Numbered from the whole stretch's first letter, positions 10,508 through 20,764 are shown. The stretch: DNA of 63,973 bases, filler included, from an uncultured bacterium (GCA_964471275.1; 3 parts of 3 records of this genome joined end to end with filler, not necessarily neighbours in it); one strand, 5' to 3'. A program made the numbers and translations. Notes: generated by a model not told the origin, from the letters alone.

Positions 10508-11710
10508 GTGACAAAAAGAACCGACATCGTCTACGTCCTTCCCCGTCCAGAGATCGGCGGCGCTGAAAAGCAGATGCTGAGGCTTGTGGAACACCTGGAC
10601 TCGGATTGCTACAGATCAACGGTCATCTTCCTGGATGGACCCGGATCGATGCTCGCGGAATTTGAGCAAGAGGCTGATGATGTGATTGTCCTCCACCGAC
10701 GCGGTCTGTTTGATCTCGGCACGTTCGCACAGCTCCTCGGTCACATCCGTAGAATCCGACCCTCCACCGTTCACGCGACGCTTTACATCGCGAACCTGTT
10801 CGGCGGGTGGGCAGCTAGGCTGGCTGGTGTGCCGAACGTCGTTGTTTCGCAGCGCGGCCTGGGGATCGACCCGAGACACAGTCATATCAAGCGAGCGGTG
10901 CATGCTTTCTTCAACGGGTTCATCGGCTTATTTGCCGATGTCAGAATCGTGAATTCACAGGCGATATCGGATCGCATGGCCGCCTACGGCTGGCAGGACT
11001 GCCACGTCATACACAACGGTATCCTGGACAGACCTTTGCCACCGGAAGGGCGTCTGGCAGAACTGAAACTGGAGTTGGGCATACCCGAGTGCAGCACCAT
11101 CCTTGCGACCATTTCCCGGATCGATCCCAAAAAGGATCTTGTCACGATGCTCCAGGCCTTCAGACTCATCCTTGACGCAACACCCGACAGTTACCTGCTG
11201 ATCGCTGGCGGGGGTTTTCCGGACTACGAGCGTCTCCTGAAGAACGAGGCCCGCGAACTGGGTATCGAGAGCCGGGTGCGTTTCCTCGGATTCCGGGATG
11301 ATGTGGCAGATCTGGTCTGCCTCTGTGACATCTCACTCCTCTCCTCCGTTACCGAGGGTCTGCCAAATGCCATCCTCGAGTCGATGCTTCTCGCCAAACC
11401 AGTAGTGGCAACGAGGGTCGGTGGGGTACCAGAGCTCATCGACAACGGCGTCGAAGGATACACCGTTGACATCGGGGATACGGTGAGCTTTGCGGCACAC
11501 GTCATCGATCTGATCCGGAATCCGGATCGCCGGGAGGATATGGGTATCCTGGGACGGGCGCGAGCACTCGCCGACTTCAGCGTTGAGGCCACGGTCTCGA
11601 AGACAACGTCGGCCTACGGCTCGGGGACGCACGTAGCGGACCCCACCGAGGCAGACCAAGCGACTCCTCTGAGTCGGAACACCCCCACAGAATGGGCAAA
11701 ACAGGCATGA
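10508..11710 (+). CDS. Glycosyltransferase family 4
   Basis: IGGAEKQ, IHNGI, RIDPKK, EGLPNAILESM; GTG start. Confidence 0.9.
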   Translation: MTKRTDIVYVLPRPEIGGAEKQMLRLVEHLDSDCYRSTVIFLDGPGSMLAEFEQEADDVIVLHRRGLFDLGTFAQLLGHIRRIRPSTVHATLYIANLFGGWAARLAGVPNVVVSQRGLGIDPRHSHIKRAVHAFFNGFIGLFADVRIVNSQAISDRMAAYGWQDCHVIHNGILDRPLPPEGRLAELKLELGIPECSTILATISRIDPKKDLVTMLQAFRLILDATPDSYLLIAGGGFPDYERLLKNEARELGIESRVRFLGFRDDVADLVCLCDISLLSSVTEGLPNAILESMLLAKPVVATRVGGVPELIDNGVEGYTVDIGDTVSFAAHVIDLIRNPDRREDMGILGRARALADFSVEATVSKTTSAYGSGTHVADPTEADQATPLSRNTPTEWAKQA

Positions 11711-12498
11711 GCGCGACCCTTGAAGTTTCGACCCCGGATCAAAAGGCATCGGGTGATTTCTACGGGCAGTATTTCTGGAAGGATTACGATGTCCAGGATG
11801 CCGGCTTCCTCAGATTCATCGTCGATCACGTCGGACACGATCGGCTGATGGCCGCATCGTCACTCCTCGACATCGGCGCCGGCTCGGGCAAATTCTCGAT
11901 ACTTCTCAAACGTGCCTACCCACACCTGCAGATCGAAGCACTCGACGTTTCGCCGGACAACATCACGACGATCGAAGCCAACGCAGACACGGCCGACGTG
12001 GATATCACGGCAACGGAAGGTTCGGCCCTGGCCCTCCCCTACGACGCCGGCACGTTCGACATCGTCCTCTGTGTCTACATGCTTCAACATACACCCGACC
12101 CGGAGCGCGGCTTCCAGGAAGCGGCACGCGTCCTTAAGGCGGAAGGCACCGTCCTGTATGCGGTCGGAAGAGAGAACGGATTGGGAGTCGTGCACAAGAA
12201 GACCAGGGGCATCCTCTGCCGCGTCCCCGCCGCCTTGAGACGGTCGACCGTTCTGCCCTTTGTCCCGCTGTATTGGTCACTGCTCAAAGCAACGGGAAGC
12301 CGGAAAGCCTCCAAGAATGATCTGACGATCGATCTCGTCGACTGGCTATACAATCCGCTTCAGAAGTTTATCCCTGAGGGTGAAATCACACGGTGGTTCG
12401 ATCAGGCTGGATTGACGTACACCTCTCTCGGGTATACAGGCTTGATGAAGAGCATGCATATCTGTCGTGGACTCAAGCAGGAAGGTTCGGACGCATGA
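11707..12498 (+). CDS. Class I SAM-dependent methyltransferase
   Basis: LLDIGAGSG, ALPY..GTFD, H.PDP…E..RVLK..G; ATGA overlap. Confidence 0.85.
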   Translation: MSATLEVSTPDQKASGDFYGQYFWKDYDVQDAGFLRFIVDHVGHDRLMAASSLLDIGAGSGKFSILLKRAYPHLQIEALDVSPDNITTIEANADTADVDITATEGSALALPYDAGTFDIVLCVYMLQHTPDPERGFQEAARVLKAEGTVLYAVGRENGLGVVHKKTRGILCRVPAALRRSTVLPFVPLYWSLLKATGSRKASKNDLTIDLVDWLYNPLQKFIPEGEITRWFDQAGLTYTSLGYTGLMKSMHICRGLKQEGSDA

Positions 12499-13433
12499 AA
12501 GTCCTCGCCATAACCAGCATCTTCCCTGTCCAGCGAGATCCCGGTCTAGGAGCTTTCGTCGCCACACAAATCGATTCGCTGCGTGGCCTCGGCACAGACA
12601 TAGATGTCTGCTTCCTCGATGTAAGGGCATCCAAGTGGAAGCTTCTGGGAGGCATCACCGAGGTCCGGCGGCTCGCCAGATCAGGCGGCTATGACATCGC
12701 CCACGCTCACTTTGGATACAACGGCGTTCCGGCGTGCCTTCAGTCCGAAATCCCCTTCGTTGTCTCATTCTGCGGCACGGATCTGGCAAGTCCAAAGCTC
12801 AGGCCGATCTCACGATGGGTATCCCATCGCGCGTCCGCGTGTATCGTGAAGACGGAAGAGATGCAGCAGTATTTGAACGTTCCGAGCCATATCGTCCCGA
12901 ATGGCATCGACATGGATCACTTCCAGCCGATGTCGCGACTACGGGCACGACAGCAGCTCGGGCTCCCCGAGAAGGGACGTCTAGCTCTCTTCGTTTCCAA
13001 CCCGGATCGGCCCGAAAAACGGTATGGGCTCGCGGATCGCGCGCTGACCACTGTCCGCGAAAAAGGTCACGGCATCGATCCGCTCATTGTCTTCAACAAG
13101 CCACACAGCCACCTGCCGACATACATGAATGCAGCAGATCTCCTGCTCCTCACCTCTTCACGTGAGGGATCTCCCAACGTGATCAAGGAAGCAATGGCCT
13201 GCAACCTGCCGATAGTCTCGACCGACGTAGGAGATGTCAGAAAGGTTATTGGAGACACAGACAATTGTGTGCTTGCCGAGGCAAGTCCGGAAGACATTGC
13301 TCGCGGTATCGAACAGGTTCTGGATGCTTCTCGCCGCACAAACGGCCGCCTGGCAATGGGGGCACTCTCTGCAGAAACGGTCGGGCGGCAGGTTCAGACG
13401 ATCTACCAGAACGTCTTGGAGGCCCGGTCGTGA
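12495..13433 (+). CDS. Glycosyltransferase family 4 (TuaC-like)
   Basis: MKVL.ITS.FP…G.FV, HAHFG, PNGID, EGSPNVIKEAMACNLP. Confidence 0.9.
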   Translation: MKVLAITSIFPVQRDPGLGAFVATQIDSLRGLGTDIDVCFLDVRASKWKLLGGITEVRRLARSGGYDIAHAHFGYNGVPACLQSEIPFVVSFCGTDLASPKLRPISRWVSHRASACIVKTEEMQQYLNVPSHIVPNGIDMDHFQPMSRLRARQQLGLPEKGRLALFVSNPDRPEKRYGLADRALTTVREKGHGIDPLIVFNKPHSHLPTYMNAADLLLLTSSREGSPNVIKEAMACNLPIVSTDVGDVRKVIGDTDNCVLAEASPEDIARGIEQVLDASRRTNGRLAMGALSAETVGRQVQTIYQNVLEARS

Positions 13434-14626
13434 GACTCGGAATGGTCGGTCACGCGTACTACCCGCACGATGTACGGGTGAGACGCCAGTGTGAGGCACT
13501 GGCGGACCGAGGAGACACTGTCGACCTGGTCTGTCTGCGTGCAGATGGCGAGAAGAAGACCGAGCGCCTCGGGAATGTGAACATACATCGCCTGCCGCTT
13601 AAACACGAACGTGGGCAAGGCGTTCTCGGATACGTGGCAGAGTATGTGTCCTTCTTCCTGCTTGCCTTCCTCAAACTGACGGTGTTGAGTATCCGGTATC
13701 GCTACCGCGTCGTGCAGGTGCACAACATGCCGGACTTCCTCGTCTTCACGACACTGATTCCGAGGATGCTGGGTGCACGTGTCCTGCTGGACATGCACGA
13801 CATCACACCCGAACTCTTCCAATCTCTATACGGCATCTCCGATCGCTCGGCGATCTTCAAGGCGCTGGTATTCTTCGAGCAGGCAAGCCTGGCGTACGCC
13901 GATCGTGTCATGACCGTCAACAGAAACATCCGCGACCTCTTTCTCACGCGGAATCCCATAGCTCACAAGATCGAGGTCGTTATGAACGCTCCGGACCCAA
14001 GGTATTTCAGATACACCGGGCCCGGAGCGCCCCACCCCACTGCAATGAGAGGCGGAAAATCGTTTCGGCTCTTTCATCACGGACAGATCCTGCGTCGCTA
14101 CAGCTTCGAGACCGCCCTCGAAGGATTCTCGATCGCGAACCGCGAAATACCTGAACTGGAGCTTGACGTTTACGGTGACGGTGAGGAGCAGTATCTGGCG
14201 GAAATAAGGAACTGGGTGTCGTCGCGAGGCCTAGCGAACCGTGTTCGTTTCCACGACCGGGTGCCCGTCGAGAGAGTTCCGAAGCTGATACGCGAAGCCG
14301 ACCTCGGACTCGTGCCCTGCAAGAAGGATGTCTTTGTAGACAAAGTCATGCTTCCCGTGCGGCTCCTGGAATATGTGGCCATGGGACTCCCCTCGGTGTG
14401 TTCTCGGGTCGGAACAGTCGAATCCTACTTCGACGATTCTGAAATCGCCTACTATGAGCACAACAATCCAAATGAACTGGCCGACAGTATTGTCCGGCTC
14501 TACAGAAACCCCGTTTTACGCGCACGTATGGCACGCAAGGCAATGACCGCCTTTAGGAGTTATGAATGGCCTCGGATGCAGAAGCGATACTATCGCATCC
14601 TCGATCAGGCGCAGACGTCCAGCTAG
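13430..14626 (+). CDS. Glycosyltransferase family 4 (WbuB-like)
   Basis: YYPHDVRVRR, HNMPDFL, DMHDITPE, PVRLLEY.A.G.P; GTGA overlap. Confidence 0.88.
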   Translation: MRLGMVGHAYYPHDVRVRRQCEALADRGDTVDLVCLRADGEKKTERLGNVNIHRLPLKHERGQGVLGYVAEYVSFFLLAFLKLTVLSIRYRYRVVQVHNMPDFLVFTTLIPRMLGARVLLDMHDITPELFQSLYGISDRSAIFKALVFFEQASLAYADRVMTVNRNIRDLFLTRNPIAHKIEVVMNAPDPRYFRYTGPGAPHPTAMRGGKSFRLFHHGQILRRYSFETALEGFSIANREIPELELDVYGDGEEQYLAEIRNWVSSRGLANRVRFHDRVPVERVPKLIREADLGLVPCKKDVFVDKVMLPVRLLEYVAMGLPSVCSRVGTVESYFDDSEIAYYEHNNPNELADSIVRLYRNPVLRARMARKAMTAFRSYEWPRMQKRYYRILDQAQTSS

Positions 14627-16227
14627 ACGGCTTGACGTTTTGGATCAGGACACACGGACCGCTCCTTCTTCTCTCAATCGGGGCGTTCACGTTCGCATAT
14701 ACCATTCTGTCCGGTCTGCGCCTATTCGACAACGATTACGATTGGATCAACCAGGCCCGGGAAACAGGATGGTTTCAGATCCTCGGTGAAATACTGCGCC
14801 CAATACCGGAACGCTGGGGATTCCAGGACCGTCCCGTACAGATCTTCGGGTTCAAGATCCTCCACGGTCTGTTTGGCCACGATCCCTCGGCCTATTACGT
14901 CGCGAAAGCAGTTCTATTTGCCGGCGTATGTCTGGGCATTGCCCGATTCTCCATCACCTTGGGACTGTCGCACGGCACAGCCTTGCTGGCCGCGGCCGTC
15001 TTTGCCCTCGCCAGTCCAGGTCAGGCGAGCGCGCTCTGGGTTTCGGATTTCGAATTGCTGGCAGAGATCTTGATACTCGCCACATTCGGCGTGTTCTGGC
15101 ATCTGCTGAACTCTGAAGAGACATCCCGTGGTCGAGAGATCGCAAACCAGGTTCTTCTCACCTTACTTGCGGTCGTCGCTCACCGAACCAAAGGTTCTGC
15201 GAAGCTGATACCGGCAATCATCCTGCTTTACCTGTTCCTCTATCGAAGGGACCAGTTGCGGCGGTTCGCGCCTGGGCTCGGGCTGATCTGCCTTACGATC
15301 GTGCCGATCTTCACGCTCGTCTCCGAACCGATCCCACCCTTCGCACCGTTCGCAGAAGATCAGTCACAGGGCTGGATGTGGAAGCCCGCGAATCTGGCAA
15401 CCTTTTCGACGTTGCTAGCCGGTAACTTCCACCCGATCTGGGGAACGTCGGGCCCGGATACTGCATTCAGTATCCTTTCCGTTCTGACGCCCGCGATGCT
15501 CTGGCCATCAGCTGCCGCGGCGGTATTTCTTGCCTGGAGAAGCAGAGCATCGTATTCGACACCTGCCTGGCGGTTCGTCGGGATATGGTCCCTCGTGTCC
15601 CTGGCAGCTTATGCCTCATTCCCGCGGCTACCCGACGGATTCATGGCACGATACGTGGTTGTGGCCCTCGTGCCAATCAGCACGCTTGTTGGGACGGCTC
15701 TGACTTCAGCTACTCGTTCGATGAGACGCGGCCTCATCACTCCCGCGCTTGCAAGCATGCTGGCCCTTCACGGGGCGCACAACCTCCAGTCGACACGCGA
15801 CCTCCGAGACACGCTGGGTCAGGTCATTGTTGCCTATGATCTCTCAAGAGAGCACCTGGCGACGCAAGTATCATCCGCCGACGTAGTCATCATCGGATTC
15901 GACTACAGCTACAATCGAAAGTGGCCCGATGAGAATCGCTACCACCGCGAGACGCTGACGATCACGGAAACCGAGCAGGCCAGGCCTCTCCACGTTCTCG
16001 TCAGAGCAGATCAGAATGTCAAGAACATCGACCATCGACCTCTGGTCCAGCAGATCCGGCGAGCCCTCGTATTCCCACGGACAACTGGCGCGATGAAGGT
16101 TGCGGTCAAACCGCCTCGCATATTCACGGGGCTCACGGACAGTTTCTACGACACACACGTCTACAAAGCCAGACAATCGTTCGCAGGCGTCCTCTACGAG
16201 GTCATCTACGGACAGAAAGACTCCTGA
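14566..16227 (+). CDS. Polytopic membrane protein, possible GT-C glycosyltransferase
   Basis: About 10 hydrophobic segments; early acidic loop FDNDYDW, RP, and a late RY motif, as in GT-C proteins. Start uncertain. Confidence 0.6.
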   Translation: MASDAEAILSHPRSGADVQLDGLTFWIRTHGPLLLLSIGAFTFAYTILSGLRLFDNDYDWINQARETGWFQILGEILRPIPERWGFQDRPVQIFGFKILHGLFGHDPSAYYVAKAVLFAGVCLGIARFSITLGLSHGTALLAAAVFALASPGQASALWVSDFELLAEILILATFGVFWHLLNSEETSRGREIANQVLLTLLAVVAHRTKGSAKLIPAIILLYLFLYRRDQLRRFAPGLGLICLTIVPIFTLVSEPIPPFAPFAEDQSQGWMWKPANLATFSTLLAGNFHPIWGTSGPDTAFSILSVLTPAMLWPSAAAAVFLAWRSRASYSTPAWRFVGIWSLVSLAAYASFPRLPDGFMARYVVVALVPISTLVGTALTSATRSMRRGLITPALASMLALHGAHNLQSTRDLRDTLGQVIVAYDLSREHLATQVSSADVVIIGFDYSYNRKWPDENRYHRETLTITETEQARPLHVLVRADQNVKNIDHRPLVQQIRRALVFPRTTGAMKVAVKPPRIFTGLTDSFYDTHVYKARQSFAGVLYEVIYGQKDS

Positions 16228-16238
16228 AAGGGAACGCT

Positions 16239-17945
16239 ATGATCGTACTGGGAATCCACGACGGCAAAGATGCAGGCGTTTCGCTGCTCAAGGATGGAGA
16301 GCTGCTCTACGCGGCAAACGAGGAGCGTTTCTCTCGAAACAAGCTCCACTTCGGCTTTCCCTACCTGTCACTACAGAACCTCCTGAGTAACACTGGAATC
16401 GATCCTGGCGAGATCGATCGTGTGTGCGTCGGGTTCCAGTCAATGGTGGAAACCGAAGACTACCCGATCTACACCGACATCAATGATGTCACGCTGCTGC
16501 AGCGGATCTTTGCCGGCACGTCTCGGCTGCTCGGTCCCGTAACAGCGTCCACGTCGTTCGTCGCAGCGTCTCGTCATCTCCTCAGCATGGTCAGCAAGAA
16601 CAAGCAGTCATTGCAGAAATCTGTCCGGGAGTTCGGGATCGAGGCAGACTTCGAATACATCGACCATCACAGATCACACGCGGCCTCCGCCTACTACACA
16701 AGCGGGTTCTCTGACGCGCTGGTCATCACGGCTGATGGCGGTGGCGATGGACTAGCGGGAAGCATCTACACAGGTCGGGGTTGTGAGCTTGAGATCCTGA
16801 AGGAATGGCCACGTGTTCATTCACCTGGCAGCTTCTGGTTTCTGATTACTTACATCTGCGGATTCAACCCGATCAAGCACGGTGGGAAGATCACGGGGCT
16901 TGCGGCATACGAACGTTGCGAGGAAACACACAGAATCCTGAGCGAGTACTATGGACACGACAAAGCTCGAATGTGCTTCCTGAACAAGAAGCACCTGCTC
17001 TTCCGCGATGCCTACACAGAGCTCTCCGAGGCACTCGAAGGATACTCGATCGAACAGATCGCATATGGCGCCCAGAAGGTACTCGAGGACTCAATCTGTG
17101 GCGTGATCAGAGCTGCGGCTGAGAAGACAGGCCTCCGGAAGATCGCGCTTGCGGGCGGCACATTCGCAAATGTCCGGTTGAACCAGAAGATCCTTGAGCT
17201 CGATTGCGTTGAGACGATCTTCGTTCATCCTCACATGGGTGATGGAGGTGTGGCGACCGGTGCCGCCCTGGATGTCCTGGCACGGGAGGCCGGCATCCTA
17301 CCTGCGGAAGTAGGCAATGTCTTCTGCGGAAATGAAACGTCGGAACAGGAGATCCTTGAAACGCTCTACAATGCCCCGGTCACGTTCACAGAACTCGAGG
17401 ATCCTGCAGCAGAAATAGCCGATTGCCTTGTGAAGAAGCAGGTTATTGGGCTCTTTAACGGCCGCATGGAGTATGGCCCTCGGGCTCTGGGGCATCGCAC
17501 GATTTTGGCCGAACCGACAGACCCGACGATGATGCACTGGTTGAATGATCGGTTGGACAGAACAGAGTTCATGCCCTTCGCCCCAATCATCCTCGAGGAG
17601 GATGCGCCCGCCTATTTCGAGAACTTCGAACCGGGTCGGCTGGCAGCTCGCTTCATGACCGTCTGCTTTGATGTCACCGAGAAAGGCAAGAAGATGGCGC
17701 CAGGAATCGTGCACAAGGACGGCACCGCACGGCCGCAGATCGTGAACGAGAGAGAAAACGGTTACGTCTACAGAGCGCTAAAGGCCTACAAGCAGAAGTC
17801 GGGATTGAGCCTGGGCATCAACACCAGCTTCAACAAGCACGAGGAGCCAATTGTCTGCAGACCCCGAGACGCAGTGCAGGAACTCATTCGTGGCGGCATC
17901 GACGTCTTGTTCATCGAGAACTACAAGGTCGAACCCAGACCCTAA
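16239..17945 (+). CDS. Carbamoyltransferase (NodU/CmcH family), copy 2
   Basis: Same motif set as copy 1 (EERF.R.K, HH.SH, DGGGD, GRMEYGPRALG, FMPFAP, HKDGTARPQ, NTSFN). Confidence 0.95.
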   Translation: MIVLGIHDGKDAGVSLLKDGELLYAANEERFSRNKLHFGFPYLSLQNLLSNTGIDPGEIDRVCVGFQSMVETEDYPIYTDINDVTLLQRIFAGTSRLLGPVTASTSFVAASRHLLSMVSKNKQSLQKSVREFGIEADFEYIDHHRSHAASAYYTSGFSDALVITADGGGDGLAGSIYTGRGCELEILKEWPRVHSPGSFWFLITYICGFNPIKHGGKITGLAAYERCEETHRILSEYYGHDKARMCFLNKKHLLFRDAYTELSEALEGYSIEQIAYGAQKVLEDSICGVIRAAAEKTGLRKIALAGGTFANVRLNQKILELDCVETIFVHPHMGDGGVATGAALDVLAREAGILPAEVGNVFCGNETSEQEILETLYNAPVTFTELEDPAAEIADCLVKKQVIGLFNGRMEYGPRALGHRTILAEPTDPTMMHWLNDRLDRTEFMPFAPIILEEDAPAYFENFEPGRLAARFMTVCFDVTEKGKKMAPGIVHKDGTARPQIVNERENGYVYRALKAYKQKSGLSLGINTSFNKHEEPIVCRPRDAVQELIRGGIDVLFIENYKVEPRP

Positions 17946-17964
17946 CACACACAATCAGACAATC

Positions 17965-18001
17965 AGAGAGGGCATTCCCGAACCGGGAATGCCCTCTCTT
18001 T
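17965..18001. terminator. Intrinsic terminator ending the glycan locus (between convergent genes)
   Basis: Perfect 16-bp stem AGAGAGGGCATTCCCG-aac-CGGGAATGCCCTCTCT followed by TT. Confidence 0.85.
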
Positions 18002-18020
18002 GTTGTAGAACTCTGTGAAG

Positions 18021-18387
18021 CTAACGCTCTTTGGTCATTGCCGCTTCCATCAGGTCGATCGCATCCGACACCTCGAAAGGTTTCTCCAGAACACCACTGA
18101 TCCCGGCAGCCCGCATTCGGGCCTCGGCCTCCTCATCGATATGGGCAGAGATGAAAACCACGGGAGTCGTGAAGCCCTTCTTCCTGATAAAATCCAGAAG
18201 CTGATCCCCGGTAATCTTAGACATTGAGATATCTAGGATATATCAGGTCTATCCTTCTCTTGGTCAGCATCGACACGGTTTCCTTCGCCGAATCGACCGG
18301 ATGGGGCTCATACCCGAAGCTCGAAACGATCTCCTGGAGAACATCTCGAACCGTGGGATCGTCATCGATGATCAAGATATGTTTCAT
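18021..18387 (-). pseudogene. Single-domain CheY-like response regulator with a 1-nt frameshift near 18240 (pseudogene or sequence error)
   Basis: MKHILIIDDD…RIDLI / shift / ILDISMSKITG…FISA…LEKPF. All receiver motifs are present but spread over two frames. Confidence 0.75.
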
Positions 18388-18509
18388 GGATTCCCGTGAG
18401 AAAATTGTTGCATAAATTCACACATGCGCCATCTCGACACCTGATAGGTATCCTGCCCTGGAACGACAATTTACTTGTAAAATAAGGGCTTACGATGTCA
18501 TCTGTGTGC

Positions 18510-18525
18510 TGGCATCATCATTGCG
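18510..18525 (+). promoter_or_regulatory. Putative sigma54 promoter
   Basis: TGGCATCATCATTGCG (GG-N10-GC), about 22 nt before the ATG at 18548. Confidence 0.65.
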
Positions 18526-18547
18526 ATAGGGTCTGTCGGAGACAACC

Positions 18548-19942
18548 ATGACCTCAAAACGCGCCGCACACATCCTGCTGCTCATTTGTACGTTGACGAC
18601 GGCATGCGCGCCATACGCGGCGAACACACCCACGATCCGAAGCAGCCTGTCGGCCGGTGACTACGCGGGTGCATTCGCGGCTGTTGAGCGAGCGGCGCAA
18701 GGTCCAAGCAAGCTCCTGTTTTTCCTTGAGGGTGGCCTCATCGCTCACTACGATGGCGATTATGCTCACTCGAACGCCCTGTTGGAGCAAGCCGAACGCA
18801 TCGCAGACGAGCTCTTCACCCGATCCCTGTCCAGAGAGCTCGCTGCCCTGGTAACCAGTGACGAATCGCGCCACTACCGGGGTGAGACGTATGAACTCGT
18901 GTTTATTCACTATTACTGTGCACTGAACTACTGGTATCTGGACCTGCCCGAGGATGCCCTGGTGGAATGCCGCAAAGCCAACTTGAAGCTCGAGAAATAC
19001 ACCAGCCGGAGCGAATCGGAAGTCACCTACAAGAACGACCCATTCATCCACTACTTGGCGGCTCTGTTCTATGAATCGGAGGGGGAATACAATGACGCGT
19101 ATATCTCCCTGAAAGATGCCGCTTCTGCCTACCGCTTGTATACGGAAAAACTGGGCTTGAGCGCCCCCGCTGAATTGCGTGAAGATCTGGCGCGTGTGGA
19201 GTCTGAACTGGGCTATGCGGGCGCCGTCACGGGCATTCAGCAGTTGTCCCAGACAGCAGAAACCGGCGAGCTGATCGTTTTCGCGGAGTTCGGTTTTATC
19301 CCGCGTAAGACACAGGAAGAAGTGAGCTTGCCCATATACGACTCTGATCTGAAGCGAGTTCGCTCCGGAAGAGTCAACACAGTCTCCACGCAGATCAGGC
19401 ATAGACGAGAGCGAAGTGATGGACACGCGGGTAGTAACCGGCGTGATCGATACGGGCGATACCGATCGAGCCAAAACGTCGACTACTGGCTCCGCGTAGC
19501 CCTCCCCCGGTTCGAATCCGCGGGAGGTAACCCCAAACGTGTTCGCATCGTCTCTGGGGACCTCACGGTGACACCCGCGATCGCGCAGAATCTGGATGGG
19601 CTGGCAAGGCTGACGCTCGACGATCATTCCGGGTCCATCTTTGGTCGAACCGTTGCTCGGGCGCTCATAAAGCTGGCCGCGACAAAGGGAGCGGAGAAGA
19701 AGAGCGAATGGCTCGGATTTCTGGTCAACCTGTTCACTGCCGCTACAGAAAAAGCAGACACCCGCAGCTGGGTGACGTTGCCGCGCGAGATCAGGATCGG
19801 ACGACTTTCACTCCCACCCGGTCAGCACACGATCACGATTCAGATCCTGGATGAATCCGGGGACGTTCTTCACGAGACGCTGCGCGAAGTTCACGTTTAC
19901 TCCGGAAAGCGTACGTTTATCAACCACCGGCATTATGGCTGA
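18548..19942 (+). CDS. COG3014-like TPR lipoprotein
   Basis: Lipobox LTTAC; helical N-half with Y.G..YE and ALVE.R motifs; C-terminal ADTRSW.TLP; lies upstream of lpoB. Confidence 0.75.
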   Translation: MTSKRAAHILLLICTLTTACAPYAANTPTIRSSLSAGDYAGAFAAVERAAQGPSKLLFFLEGGLIAHYDGDYAHSNALLEQAERIADELFTRSLSRELAALVTSDESRHYRGETYELVFIHYYCALNYWYLDLPEDALVECRKANLKLEKYTSRSESEVTYKNDPFIHYLAALFYESEGEYNDAYISLKDAASAYRLYTEKLGLSAPAELREDLARVESELGYAGAVTGIQQLSQTAETGELIVFAEFGFIPRKTQEEVSLPIYDSDLKRVRSGRVNTVSTQIRHRRERSDGHAGSNRRDRYGRYRSSQNVDYWLRVALPRFESAGGNPKRVRIVSGDLTVTPAIAQNLDGLARLTLDDHSGSIFGRTVARALIKLAATKGAEKKSEWLGFLVNLFTAATEKADTRSWVTLPREIRIGRLSLPPGQHTITIQILDESGDVLHETLREVHVYSGKRTFINHRHYG

Positions 19943-19961
19943 AGTAACAAGGAGGTCTCTC

Positions 19962-20753
19962 ATGATTCGCATCATCATCCTCATCTGTGGATTACTCAGC
20001 ACGGTAAGCGCCAGTCCCGCCGAACTTCCGACACAAGGTCCAGTCGTAAACATTGTCGAGTGGGATGGTAACGTTCTGCCCACCGTATACGAACGATCGG
20101 ACCAACTGCCGATTGACGGCGCGGACCTGCTTCGCCTGTCAGGAAATGGCTTCGAACCGGAACTTCTCACCCAGATGATCGAACAGAGACGGTATGCAGG
20201 CGATGTCAGCGCGGATGGCCTGATCGCCCTGCGCAAGGCCGGACTTGATCACGAAGTCATCCGGGCCGCTTCACTTCACGCCCTCCCGCCCAACAAGTCG
20301 GTGGATCTGACCATCACACTTGAAATCGATGGTCAGCCATCGACGCCGCGAAACCGCTATCTCTACATCATCGTCCCGGATGGTGGCATTGAGCGCGTCT
20401 TTACGGCCGACCTGAACCAGGTATTCGGTGGGAGATGGCGAAGCGAGACAGTCGCTGATCAGTCGGACATTCTGATTCCACGATCTGTGCGAACGGTCAC
20501 ATTCTCCGGGCGCATCCCTCTGAAACGGGTCGGAGAGAAGGCCCTGACCGTATTCACCTCGGCCAGACCCGATCTGCACTGGCTCTCTGAAGTATCAGAA
20601 CAGGAGGGACGGGGCCTTCGCACGCACACCTTTGACTGCCCTGCAGGCTCGATCCGAAGGGATTGCCGACTGCTTATTCGGCTCTACCAGGATCGAGTAC
20701 TCGATGATAACTGGACAATCACTGGAACACACCTTGAGTGTGAGTGGAACTAA
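19962..20753 (+). CDS. Hypothetical exported protein
   Basis: AAGGAGG RBS, signal peptide (…VSA-S); in an operon-like run. Confidence 0.7.
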   Translation: MIRIIILICGLLSTVSASPAELPTQGPVVNIVEWDGNVLPTVYERSDQLPIDGADLLRLSGNGFEPELLTQMIEQRRYAGDVSADGLIALRKAGLDHEVIRAASLHALPPNKSVDLTITLEIDGQPSTPRNRYLYIIVPDGGIERVFTADLNQVFGGRWRSETVADQSDILIPRSVRTVTFSGRIPLKRVGEKALTVFTSARPDLHWLSEVSEQEGRGLRTHTFDCPAGSIRRDCRLLIRLYQDRVLDDNWTITGTHLECEWN

Positions 20754-20764
20754 AGGAGGAAGCT

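Noticed and set aside
17951..17967. Short tandem repeat ACAATCAG x2
   Set aside because: Only two copies of 8 bp beside a terminator; no array structure.
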